Part shown: one piece after another, positions 1 through 8,183 of the stretch | Layout of the letters: each line of letters opens with the position of its first letter | Numbering within the stretch: position 1 is the first letter of the stretch | Assembly: GCA_048939015.1 (NCBI GenBank) | Contig: JBHLPW010000055.1 | Location: 1-31,300, forward strand | Source: Promethearchaeota archaeon | GTDB taxonomy: Archaea; Asgardarchaeota; Lokiarchaeia; Sigyniarchaeales; SOKP01 | Direction: 5' to 3' | DNA: 31,300 bases | The notes under the pieces: model-generated | What the model was told of the DNA's origin: nothing | Database searches by the model: none | Seen by the model: only the letters and a program-made list of their open reading frames with translations | Program-made: the position numbers and the translations under genes

Positions 1-161
1 TTTTATGAATTGTATATATTTAATCCGTGAGGAAACCAAATGTTTTTATATAATAAATAATGGAAATCCATTTTTTCCTGTGAATAAATAGAGTAATATA
101 TTCTTTTGACTTTTGTGTTAAAAAAAAAGGGATTAAATTTTAGTTTAACTTCTTAATATAT

Positions 162-1025
162 CTATGCTACTGTTTTTTGAACTTCTTTCTTAATGAATTG
201 TTTTTCAAAAAATTCAGCATTTTCTCTGAGGTTCTTCTTGGGGCAGATCTTTCCATGTCCTGGAACATATATATCAATGTCCTTTTCCATATATTCAATG
301 AGAATATCACAGAGTCGTTGAGGGTTAGCAGGAGGAGGTACAGGATTAGGGCCACTATACCAATTAGGATCCGTTTCTTCAAATAATAGATCTCCCATAA
401 AACATATTTTTTCTTTTTCAAAATATGCAACAATATCTCCTGGTGTGTGAGCATCTCCAATATATACAATCTGAACTTGGTTTTCTGTTCCTTGAATTGT
501 AAAAGAACCGTCTATAATGAAATCTGGAGGTCTCAATGCAAAATTATCTTCAAGAATTTCAGAATATGTTTTAATATCATTATTGTATTCAAGAATTTTG
601 TTAGGTTCAGTCTCTTCTTTTATTAGTTCTTTTGTTCTTTTCAATTCTTGTTCAGCGATTCCTTTCCAACGTTTAAGAGTATCATCTAAATTTTTATGGA
701 ACTCTGATGATGTTTCAGAACAGCATATGATGGGTGTTTCTAAAGAAAATCTACAGTTTCCAAATAAATGGTCTATATGATAATGACTATTTATTACGAA
801 TGACGGATCTTTTTTAGTAAATTGCTTAGATGCCTTAATTAGATCAACTGTGGAAAAAGGGTCCATAAGTGTATCAAAGATAATTGAATAATTACCAAGA
901 TCAAAAAAACCTGCATTTGAGGATGGAAATTTTTCAGCAGTTATTGCAGCATAAATTCCTGGGCTTATTTCGTATAAGTCAAAATAAATTGTGTCAAAAT
1001 CTAACTTTTTGATTTGTATTTTCAT
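162..1025 (-). CDS. Metallo-beta-lactamase-fold hydrolase (cyclase-like MBL family)
   Basis: Motifs are DT (IIFDT), HYHIDH (HxHxDH), AHTPGD, FMGDL and VPGHG. The ORF track starts at TTG 1031, but the ATG at 1025 is the more likely start. Confidence 0.88.
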   Translation of the reverse strand: MKIQIKKLDFDTIYFDLYEISPGIYAAITAEKFPSSNAGFFDLGNYSIIFDTLMDPFSTVDLIKASKQFTKKDPSFVINSHYHIDHLFGNCRFSLETPIICCSETSSEFHKNLDDTLKRWKGIAEQELKRTKELIKEETEPNKILEYNNDIKTYSEILEDNFALRPPDFIIDGSFTIQGTENQVQIVYIGDAHTPGDIVAYFEKEKICFMGDLLFEETDPNWYSGPNPVPPPANPQRLCDILIEYMEKDIDIYVPGHGKICPKKNLRENAEFFEKQFIKKEVQKTVA

Positions 1026-1051
1026 CACCAAATTATCAATTTCTTTTATTT

Positions 1052-1363
1052 TTATTCAGATATTCTTTCTAACTTAAAACAAACGGGACGAAGACCATCT
1101 GGACATGCAGTATATATCATATTCTCTCCAGTCCAAGTAGGAAATCCACCTCCGTATTGTAAAATTTGAACATTCTTATATAATCCAAACCAAGCATGGT
1201 GGCAAAAACCTTCTGGCATATTACCTGTTTCATCCACAATGAATTCAAGACCTTCTTTCAAACCACATTTAGTAATTAGTTCTCCATTAGGTTTTCTAAA
1301 TTCATGTCCAAGAACATCTTCGGGACCAAATTGTTTTACAACAGAAATTTTTACTTTACTCAT
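1052..1363 (-). CDS. TIGR04076-family small Cys protein (paralog 3)
   Basis: MSKVKISV...C...G.EF...MPEGFCHHAW...L.YGG...CPDGLRPVCFKLERI pattern; AGGAGA RBS upstream. Confidence 0.82.
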   Translation of the reverse strand: MSKVKISVVKQFGPEDVLGHEFRKPNGELITKCGLKEGLEFIVDETGNMPEGFCHHAWFGLYKNVQILQYGGGFPTWTGENMIYTACPDGLRPVCFKLERISE

Positions 1364-1419
1364 TATTAAATCTCCTATATTTTAATCTTTTTCTCAGTTT
1401 TTTTCAAATTAAAATGAAT

Positions 1420-1731
1420 TTAGTCGGAAATGCGCTCTAATTTAAAACAAACAGGTTTACGGCCGTCTGAACAAGATACATGTTGAACTCCTTCCTCATG
1501 TCCATAAAAATTTCCGTCGAAATAAAGTACAGATAAATCTTTATAAATATCGCGCCATGCCCATCCGCAAAATCCGTCTGGCATCCTTTCGATATGTTCT
1601 ACCACGAATTCTTGACCTTCTTCGAAAGCACTGCATGTTGTTATTTTAATACCTGATGTAGAATAAACCTCGTGCCCGAATACATCCATAGGACTAAATT
1701 TCTTAACTATGGTAATTTTAACTTTTGACAA
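1420..1731 (-). CDS. TIGR04076-family small Cys protein (paralog 2), TTG start
   Basis: MPDGFCGWAW and CSDGRKPVCFKLERI motifs. The N-terminus SKVKITIV aligns with both neighbouring paralogs, supporting the TTG start. Confidence 0.82.
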   Translation of the reverse strand: MSKVKITIVKKFSPMDVFGHEVYSTSGIKITTCSAFEEGQEFVVEHIERMPDGFCGWAWRDIYKDLSVLYFDGNFYGHEEGVQHVSCSDGRKPVCFKLERISD

Positions 1732-1741
1732 AATTAACCCG

Positions 1742-2050
1742 TTATTCTTCTATTCTTTCTAATTTAAAACAAACAGGTCTTATTCCATCAGAACAAGCAT
1801 TATAGCTTACTCCTTCTTCCCAAAAATCCTTAAATGAACCACCAAAACGTAAAACAGATAAACTACGTGATATATCTAACCAAGCTCCTGTACAAAAATC
1901 ATCTGGCATTGCTCCACTATCTATTATCCATTCTTGTCCTTCTTTTAAGACACATTTTTTAACTTTTTTTCCAGCGGGATTTTTATACTCATGTCCTAAA
2001 ACTTCTTCAGGACTAAATCGTTTAATAACAGTAATTTTTACTTTTGACAT
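1742..2050 (-). CDS. TIGR04076-family small Cys protein (paralog 1)
   Basis: MPDDFCTGAW and CSDGIRPVCFKLERI motifs. Confidence 0.82.
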   Translation of the reverse strand: MSKVKITVIKRFSPEEVLGHEYKNPAGKKVKKCVLKEGQEWIIDSGAMPDDFCTGAWLDISRSLSVLRFGGSFKDFWEEGVSYNACSDGIRPVCFKLERIEE

Positions 2051-2251
2051 TTTTAATCATTTCTAACTTTATTGATGTTGTATATTAATGGTTAAAATTA
2101 AAACTAAGGATAATTTCCATTAATTCAAATAAAATAATGAAATTTGATAATTTATAGTTTAAATCATTGAAGTTCAATGGAAGTTAGAATAGGATTTGAA
2201 CTTTAAAAAATAAAATAAAAAAAGAAAATATTAATAATTTTTTACTTAATA

Positions 2252-3655
2252 CTACTCGTTTTTTACAAATGATATAATCAAAATTCCAAAACCCATTACG
2301 ATACCAACAGCTATCATCGCCCACCCAAATGCATTATTACCTATTATATCATAAGATAACATTACAGTGCCCCAAATAAAAGGTCCTAATGCGGAAGAAA
2401 GTTTACCACTTAATTTAGAAAATCCAAAAAATTGACCGAATTTTTCTTTAGGGGCAAGTTCCACAACCATAATTCTTTGGGCGGTCCATGTTCCTCCTAA
2501 AGCGGGGCCGGCTACCACTCCCATAATAATACTAAGTATGAAGGGGAGATTTGCTCCAAGTTCGATACCATCTGTTGAAAATATTAGTATTATACCTATG
2601 GTTAACGAAATTCCCCATAAAGCGCCTACAAGGTAAAATGTTTTTTTTGCTCCATGTTTTTCACCAAACTTTCCAACAAAGTACGTGAAGGCAACAGCAG
2701 AAAACGTAGCAATAATAATAAAAAGGATGGCAAATAAAGTTCCCCCTGCAATAAGTAAACCATCGGTAACTATTGGTGTCATATAGAGAACAATCACATT
2801 AGCAATGTCAGCTACAAAAAAATAACCTATAATAAAAATAAACATTGATTTATGTTTTCTAATATCCTTGAACGTACTTCCTAAATGCTTAAAAGTATTA
2901 CTGATTAACTTTCCTATAGGTGGTCTTTTTCCTTTTTTCTGTTTTTCACGTACATAGAGAAATGGAATAGCACAGACTAAAAATAATATCATTGGTATAA
3001 CAAATGTAAACCAATAACCTGTATAACCATATGCTAATGGGTCAGGTGAAGTAGGATCAGAATTCATATCATGCAATAAGATAATTAATGGATACATGAT
3101 AAAAAGAGAAAGAATCGTACCAAAGTATCCCCAAGCAACTCCAAACCCAGCAACCTTTCCAATATCTTCTCTCTTCGCAATAAATGGAAGCATAGCATCA
3201 TAGAAGGTAAGACTAAATTGATAAGCAACATTTGCAATTACATAAAATAATATGACGGTGGTAAGATTATGGAAAAATCCAAGTAAACTCGCAAAAAGAA
3301 GAATTATACCTGTTAAACTAATAACAAAAGGTTTTCGTTTCCCCACATTATCACTAAGCGCGCCTAAAATAGGTACACAAACAGCGACTCCTATTTGCAT
3401 AATAAAACTAACTAAACCATAAAGAAAACTAACACTGCCATAGGACATCCCATATTCTAATTGACCTATTACCAATATATAACGATTAATAATTAAACTC
3501 ACAATTACCATAGAATAAATCGTGTTTGCGAGATCATACATAGCCCAGAAGAATATATTTCGTCTTGAAGTTGTGGTTTCATATTCTATATCGTTATCAC
3601 CGAGTATCTCAGAAGGAGTTTTTACATCGTTTTCTTTTTTTGACATAAAAATCAC
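2252..3655 (-). CDS. MFS transporter, UMF1/BtlA/ATG22-like family
   Basis: About 12 hydrophobic segments; WAMYDLAN family N-terminal motif, MFS motif A GALSDNVGKRK, and GQFFGF..LSGKLSSALGP. The likely start is the ATG at 3646. Confidence 0.88.
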   Translation of the reverse strand: MIFMSKKENDVKTPSEILGDNDIEYETTTSRRNIFFWAMYDLANTIYSMVIVSLIINRYILVIGQLEYGMSYGSVSFLYGLVSFIMQIGVAVCVPILGALSDNVGKRKPFVISLTGIILLFASLLGFFHNLTTVILFYVIANVAYQFSLTFYDAMLPFIAKREDIGKVAGFGVAWGYFGTILSLFIMYPLIILLHDMNSDPTSPDPLAYGYTGYWFTFVIPMILFLVCAIPFLYVREKQKKGKRPPIGKLISNTFKHLGSTFKDIRKHKSMFIFIIGYFFVADIANVIVLYMTPIVTDGLLIAGGTLFAILFIIIATFSAVAFTYFVGKFGEKHGAKKTFYLVGALWGISLTIGIILIFSTDGIELGANLPFILSIIMGVVAGPALGGTWTAQRIMVVELAPKEKFGQFFGFSKLSGKLSSALGPFIWGTVMLSYDIIGNNAFGWAMIAVGIVMGFGILIISFVKNE

Positions 3656-3787
3656 TTTAATTTAGATTTAAATTATGAATATAAGTGAGATTTCATTGTT
3701 ATAAAAGTTTTATGTAAAGTTATCGTATAAAAATTGCTTCCTTCTTGAAAATCTTAAAAAATTACATAAAAAAAAGGTATAATTTAG

Positions 3788-4291
3788 TTATTTTAATCTT
3801 AATTTTTTATTTAGGATTATTGCTGCAATCACACCTGTTATTCCAATTATTAATCCAGTCACTAATATAGGATATCCAGGAATAGGAATATTAATAGTAA
3901 TATCTTCTATCGGATATACAACTTGTATTTTAGAATCATTTATATTATGATTACTGGCGTCGCAAACTACTAAGGAATAGTTTCCATCGAGAGTATGAGA
4001 TTCAGGCATATTCCATTCATATGTACCATTATTAGGAGTATTCTCAATAATAGTATACTTAATAGTTGTCATTGACACATCATAGTAATATATTGATACA
4101 CTTGTAATATTGCCTGTATAAGTCCAATCTACCGAATAACTATTTTGCTCCATACTACAAGAAGTACATCCCCAACTCATAATTGTTATACTTTCACTAT
4201 TTGCTACAGATTCAGTCAAAATTGAACAGGAATACAAAAATACAACAGCAGTTATCAATAAAATCGATTTTACTTTTATTTTCTTCCTCAT
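3788..4291 (-). CDS. Secreted, C-terminally anchored surface glycoprotein with an Ig-like (Kre9/KNH-like) domain and a Loki-CTERM-type sorting signal
   Basis: Basic-hydrophobic signal peptide; W(T)Y.G...V.I...NNGTYEW..P....G.YSL.V.D beta-sandwich pattern; sequons NIT/NGT/NYS/NDS; C-terminal IPGY + TM helix + KKLRLK. Confidence 0.75.
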   Translation of the reverse strand: MRKKIKVKSILLITAVVFLYSCSILTESVANSESITIMSWGCTSCSMEQNSYSVDWTYTGNITSVSIYYYDVSMTTIKYTIIENTPNNGTYEWNMPESHTLDGNYSLVVCDASNHNINDSKIQVVYPIEDITINIPIPGYPILVTGLIIGITGVIAAIILNKKLRLK

Positions 4292-4584
4292 TTTTTAGCA
4301 CTTTTCTATATATTTTTACTAAAAATTGGATACTCTAGTCTATATTATTTAATTAAGTTTTTAACATTTTTGTAGATCTTATGGGCTTTTTTATTTTTTT
4401 GTCTGAACCTATTTTTTCGTGAGAAAATAAAATTTAATGTACATCTAAAAAGATTTTCAATATCTTGTCTCAGACAACCTTAAAAGCACACTTTCGTTTA
4501 TATTCAAGATTTTTTGTCTTATTAAAATATTTAAAATTATCTTAGTATTAACGCGTATTCTTTTTTGTATAAGAACCTATATAT

Positions 4585-5529
4585 GTGCTAATTTGCTTAA
4601 AAAGTATGGCTAAAATGACTTATACAGAAACTATTCGTGAAAAATCATCCAAAAATGAGATAATTATTAGTCCAACTAAAGAATTAGAACCCTCAGATGG
4701 TAGTTTTCTTCAATTTGTGTTGATTACCTTTGCATTTTCATGGTTAATATGGCTACCAGGTTCATTTTTCTCACTAAATTTGGGAGAAACTCTATATTCA
4801 ATTAATGCATTCATAATAATAGGATCCTTCGGACCATTCATAGCTAGTTTTTACTTAACTTATAAGCAGAGTGGTCAGTATGGAGTTATAGCCTTATGGA
4901 AATCAGGATGGCATTGTGAGAAAAAAATATTTTTAATAATTTCTATAGTTTTAATCCCTGTAATTTGTGGCTTAGCTCTTTATATATCAAGTTTTAATGA
5001 AAGAATTAGTATAAGTACCTATTTAACAGGATATCGATCACAATATGGTTATTTGGCTTTAGAGATTGTAGCAATCTACTTTTTTGGTGGTCCTTTTCAA
5101 GAAGAATTTGGCTGGAGGGGTTTTGCACTAAAAAAGCTCCAAACAAGATGGAACGCCCTAGAATCTAGTATAATCCTCGGAGGTATATGGAGTGTTTGGC
5201 ATTTTCCATTGTTTTTTATACCTGGAACATTATATTATAACCAATCTTTCTTTAGCTTTACTACTTCTGTACTTGGTCTATCTATAATTTTCACTTGGAT
5301 ATATAACAACTCGAATGGAAGTATTTTAGCATCAATGCTATTCCATACATCCGTAAATACGACGCAAGTATTGTTTCTACAAAAATTCTCGTTCTGGAGC
5401 ACCTTTTATTTTGTAATTATTTTAGATATTGTTATGCTTCTTATTTTAGGAATATATGGCAAAGAAGAGTTAAGATGGTCTAAGAATAGAGTAAAAATCT
5501 ATACAAACCTCTTTAGACATAAATATTAA
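4585..5529 (+). CDS. CPBP-family intramembrane glutamic endopeptidase (type II CAAX protease/Abi)
   Basis: EEFGWRG, WSVWH and LFHTSVN motifs; multiple TM helices. The likely start is the ATG at 4606 or 4615. Confidence 0.9.
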   Translation: MLICLKSMAKMTYTETIREKSSKNEIIISPTKELEPSDGSFLQFVLITFAFSWLIWLPGSFFSLNLGETLYSINAFIIIGSFGPFIASFYLTYKQSGQYGVIALWKSGWHCEKKIFLIISIVLIPVICGLALYISSFNERISISTYLTGYRSQYGYLALEIVAIYFFGGPFQEEFGWRGFALKKLQTRWNALESSIILGGIWSVWHFPLFFIPGTLYYNQSFFSFTTSVLGLSIIFTWIYNNSNGSILASMLFHTSVNTTQVLFLQKFSFWSTFYFVIILDIVMLLILGIYGKEELRWSKNRVKIYTNLFRHKY

Positions 5530-5671
5530 ATCTCATCTTGATAGTGATTATAATAAAGGTAATTTTACTTTATTGGAAAAAATTTATTAATTAAAACAGA
5601 CACTTATCCTTTAGTTTTTTATTTTAATTCCTGAATTATAATTAAATAAAATTTGAGCGGCGAAGTATTTA

Positions 5672-6616
5672 ATGACCATAAAATTAGATAACGATTTCTA
5701 TATCAAAAAAAAAGCAAAATTAATGAAAGACTTCAATAAATACATATCTTACATACCTAAATTACTTAAAGGGCAGTATGATGCTGATAAAATAAATAGT
5801 ATTATCGAGCAAATGAGTGAGGAATTTGAATCCCTAATTCCCAAAATACCGTATATTGGAGGATATTTAAATTACTATACTCGTGTTCTAATCCAAATCA
5901 TATCTAATCTCGCAATTTTTCGAACCTTAGAAAAAGAAGGTTGGATATATCGAGAAATCGGGGAATTATTTTACGAATTCGTTGATATCCACCAAAGAAT
6001 CAGAAAGGAAAAATATGAAAAAAGTGGTACGGATCCATCTAATATTATGTTTGAACCTCATGTTGTTAATCAAGCGAAATTCATAGCAGAAACTTCCCAA
6101 AAAAGGGCTTTTCCTTATGATTGGGTATTAGAATTTGTTGAAGGTGATGGTAGATCATTTGAATACGGTATTGACATTACTGAATGTGGAGTCTATAAAA
6201 TATTCAAAGAATTTGGTGCTGAAAAATACGTACCTCTCCAGTGCGTGAATAGAATCCGTGAAGCACAGATTTTTGGATATGGAGTATTCCGCACTCAAAC
6301 TCTTGCGACCGGAGCTCCTTCATGTGACTATAGGTATACAAAAACATTGAAAACGCCTCATAAAATTACTGAAGAAGAAGTGACTCACTATAAAGAAAAA
6401 AAGATCTGTTTGGTATGCAAAGGTCATATTGAAGGTTTTAATAACTATATATGTCCAAAATGTGAGGTCTTGTATTGTGGACATTGTGCTCAATCTTTAA
6501 TTGATTTAGAAAATACATGTTGGGTATGTAACGCTCCATTGGATGTCTCAATGCCTTCAAAACCTTATAAAAAAGAGGAAGATGAAACTTTAATCAAAAA
6601 GGGCTTTAAAAAATGA
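5672..6616 (+). CDS. L-2-amino-thiazoline-4-carboxylate hydrolase-like (V4R/H-NOX clan) domain fused to a C-terminal C4C4 RING-like zinc finger
   Basis: IPYIGG, YGIDITECG, C, RTQTLATGAPSCDYRY motifs. The C-terminus carries CxxC-x11-CxxC-x4-CxxC-x10-CxxC (6407-6529). Confidence 0.8.
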   Translation: MTIKLDNDFYIKKKAKLMKDFNKYISYIPKLLKGQYDADKINSIIEQMSEEFESLIPKIPYIGGYLNYYTRVLIQIISNLAIFRTLEKEGWIYREIGELFYEFVDIHQRIRKEKYEKSGTDPSNIMFEPHVVNQAKFIAETSQKRAFPYDWVLEFVEGDGRSFEYGIDITECGVYKIFKEFGAEKYVPLQCVNRIREAQIFGYGVFRTQTLATGAPSCDYRYTKTLKTPHKITEEEVTHYKEKKICLVCKGHIEGFNNYICPKCEVLYCGHCAQSLIDLENTCWVCNAPLDVSMPSKPYKKEEDETLIKKGFKK

Positions 6617-6793
6617 ACTAAAATAAAATATATTTTTGAATTAGTAGAATTGAAATTTAAAAAAAAAAATTACAGCTAACACTTACTTTAAGAATATTTC
6701 TTCTGTTATTTTAAAATTTTTAAATTAAATAGATTAAGATTCTCTATAAAACTCAAAAATTTTTTTTATATTTTTAAACTAATAACTTCATAG

Positions 6794-7285
6794 GTGCAAA
6801 TAATCTTGACTAATTCGAGAAAAAAATATTTAAAGCAATCCTGTAAATCAAAATATGAAGAATTCTTTGTAGATTCTGCACCTAATAAATTATTAGATTT
6901 ATATGAAGCACAGGTACATATAGATCAATATACCGTTGATTTCGGAATTGAAAAATATAAAATTGCTATTGAATGTGATAATATCCCATTAGATTATAAA
7001 ACACCTGATCAAAAGAAAAGTGATTTAAGAAAAACCAAGTTCTTAATCGATAATGGCTGGACAGTATTTCGGTTTACAGCTCAAGTGATATATTCTGGTG
7101 CAATTGTATGCCATAAAATGGTTGCCGACGAAATTGTTAAATATCAGCCGAAAGTAATGGATGTAAGGAAATTTTTATCTAATGAAGAAACAAATTTCGT
7201 AAATGAGAGACTTTCCAATGTTGATATCATAACTTCACCTACTTTTAGAAATGAAATAAGAAAATTTGATAGAAGAAAGCAATAA
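6794..7285 (+). CDS. DUF559/Vsr-like PD-(D/E)XK nuclease-fold protein
   Basis: Pattern S..E...Q..I..Y.VDF...KIAIECD...Q...D..K..FL...GWTVFRF. The real start may be TTG 6806, behind an AGGTG RBS. Confidence 0.72.
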   Translation: MQIILTNSRKKYLKQSCKSKYEEFFVDSAPNKLLDLYEAQVHIDQYTVDFGIEKYKIAIECDNIPLDYKTPDQKKSDLRKTKFLIDNGWTVFRFTAQVIYSGAIVCHKMVADEIVKYQPKVMDVRKFLSNEETNFVNERLSNVDIITSPTFRNEIRKFDRRKQ

Positions 7286-7291
7286 TAATTT

Positions 7292-7567
7292 TTAAAAAGA
7301 AGGAAATTTAATAACAGGTCTATAGATTTTAAATTCAGTCATGAAATTTTTGTCAAATTCTTGCTTTAAAATCCTTTTATAGTCAGGATCTCTGTCATCA
7401 AATGGAATTTTTTCTTTCCCTGAATAAATGTCAGGAGATTTATAAGTTCTGCAGAGTTTTGAGAAAGGAATCACAAGATTTGAAATATCTGTATCTTGCT
7501 CTAGGATGTTTTGAGAAGACTTTTCACCAATTTCATGAAATAATTTTTCCAATTTTCTTGTACTCAT
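7292..7567 (-). CDS. Hypothetical protein, 91 aa, co-transcribed with the RHH gene
   Basis: AGGTGA RBS just upstream; 15 nt gap from the upstream stop; protein-like composition. Confidence 0.65.
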   Translation of the reverse strand: MSTRKLEKLFHEIGEKSSQNILEQDTDISNLVIPFSKLCRTYKSPDIYSGKEKIPFDDRDPDYKRILKQEFDKNFMTEFKIYRPVIKFPSF

Positions 7568-7582
7568 TAAATTTTCACCTTT

Positions 7583-8008
7583 TTACTCTTTTACAATTAA
7601 TTTACCTCTAAACCGGAGTTGAACTCCAAGTTTTTCTAATTTATTCTTATAATCAAATATTATTTCTCTAAGAAGTTTTCGACTTATTCCGAGTTGTTCT
7701 GCTAAGATATCCTCTTCGATCTCATTAAATAACTCAGAATAACGTATTAATTTTTGGATTGAATCTTGAATTACTTGGTTGTAATCCGTTATTTCAATTT
7801 CTCTTGTAATATCAGTTAGATCAATGTCATAATTACTTTTTAATAATTCTGGATTTCCTTCAATCCAATTGTGGACAATATTACGAACAGTTTCAGAACG
7901 AGATTGTTTCCTTTTATCAGCCATCAAGTTGATTACTTTATCATCAAATGCATCTATGCTGAATGTAATCCTAGATAAATCAGATGATTTTTTTGGTTCT
8001 GATGGCAT
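7583..8008 (-). CDS. Ribbon-helix-helix (CopG-like) DNA-binding protein with a probable C-terminal (winged) HTH
   Basis: RITFSID strand, helix A, then SRSETVRNIV is a classic RHH. The C-terminal ILAEQLGISRKLLREII followed by a beta-hairpin looks like a wHTH. Confidence 0.72.
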   Translation of the reverse strand: MPSEPKKSSDLSRITFSIDAFDDKVINLMADKRKQSRSETVRNIVHNWIEGNPELLKSNYDIDLTDITREIEITDYNQVIQDSIQKLIRYSELFNEIEEDILAEQLGISRKLLREIIFDYKNKLEKLGVQLRFRGKLIVKE

Positions 8009-8046
8009 TTTTTTATCCTACCGACAAAAATTTCTTGCTTATTATG

Positions 8047-8176
8047 ATCATTTTTTGCGCATATTTAAATATTTGCACAAATGATGGATTAATGCATCAC
8101 TGAAGATGCATAGATTTATAAAGGAATAGGATCATATAATATTCATATACCATATGTGTATCATATGAATATTATA
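8047..8176. promoter_or_regulatory. Divergent promoter region with three inverted repeats
   Basis: Imperfect IR at 8047-8085 centred on atatttaaatat; perfect atgcatc-N6-gatgcat at 8092-8111; perfect 14-bp arms tataatattcatat-N14-atatgaatattata at 8135-8176. Confidence 0.6.
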
Positions 8177-8183
8177 CCCTCAT

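Noticed and set aside
2112-2185. SECIS-like element (AUGA...GA on the minus strand; Lokiarchaeia use eukaryote-like SECIS)
   Set aside because: Helix II does not pair convincingly, and no adjacent gene has an in-frame TGA at a Cys-aligned position.
6614-6616. TGA stops (6614, 11474, 11491, 23520) as selenocysteine read-through
   Set aside because: The proteins appear complete, and the downstream sequence is low-complexity or overlaps the next gene.
7292-8008. RHH + 91-aa gene as a type II toxin-antitoxin pair
   Set aside because: The downstream protein shows no recognisable PIN, RelE/ParE, MazF or HEPN motif, and the RHH protein is longer than a typical antitoxin. Not fully excluded.
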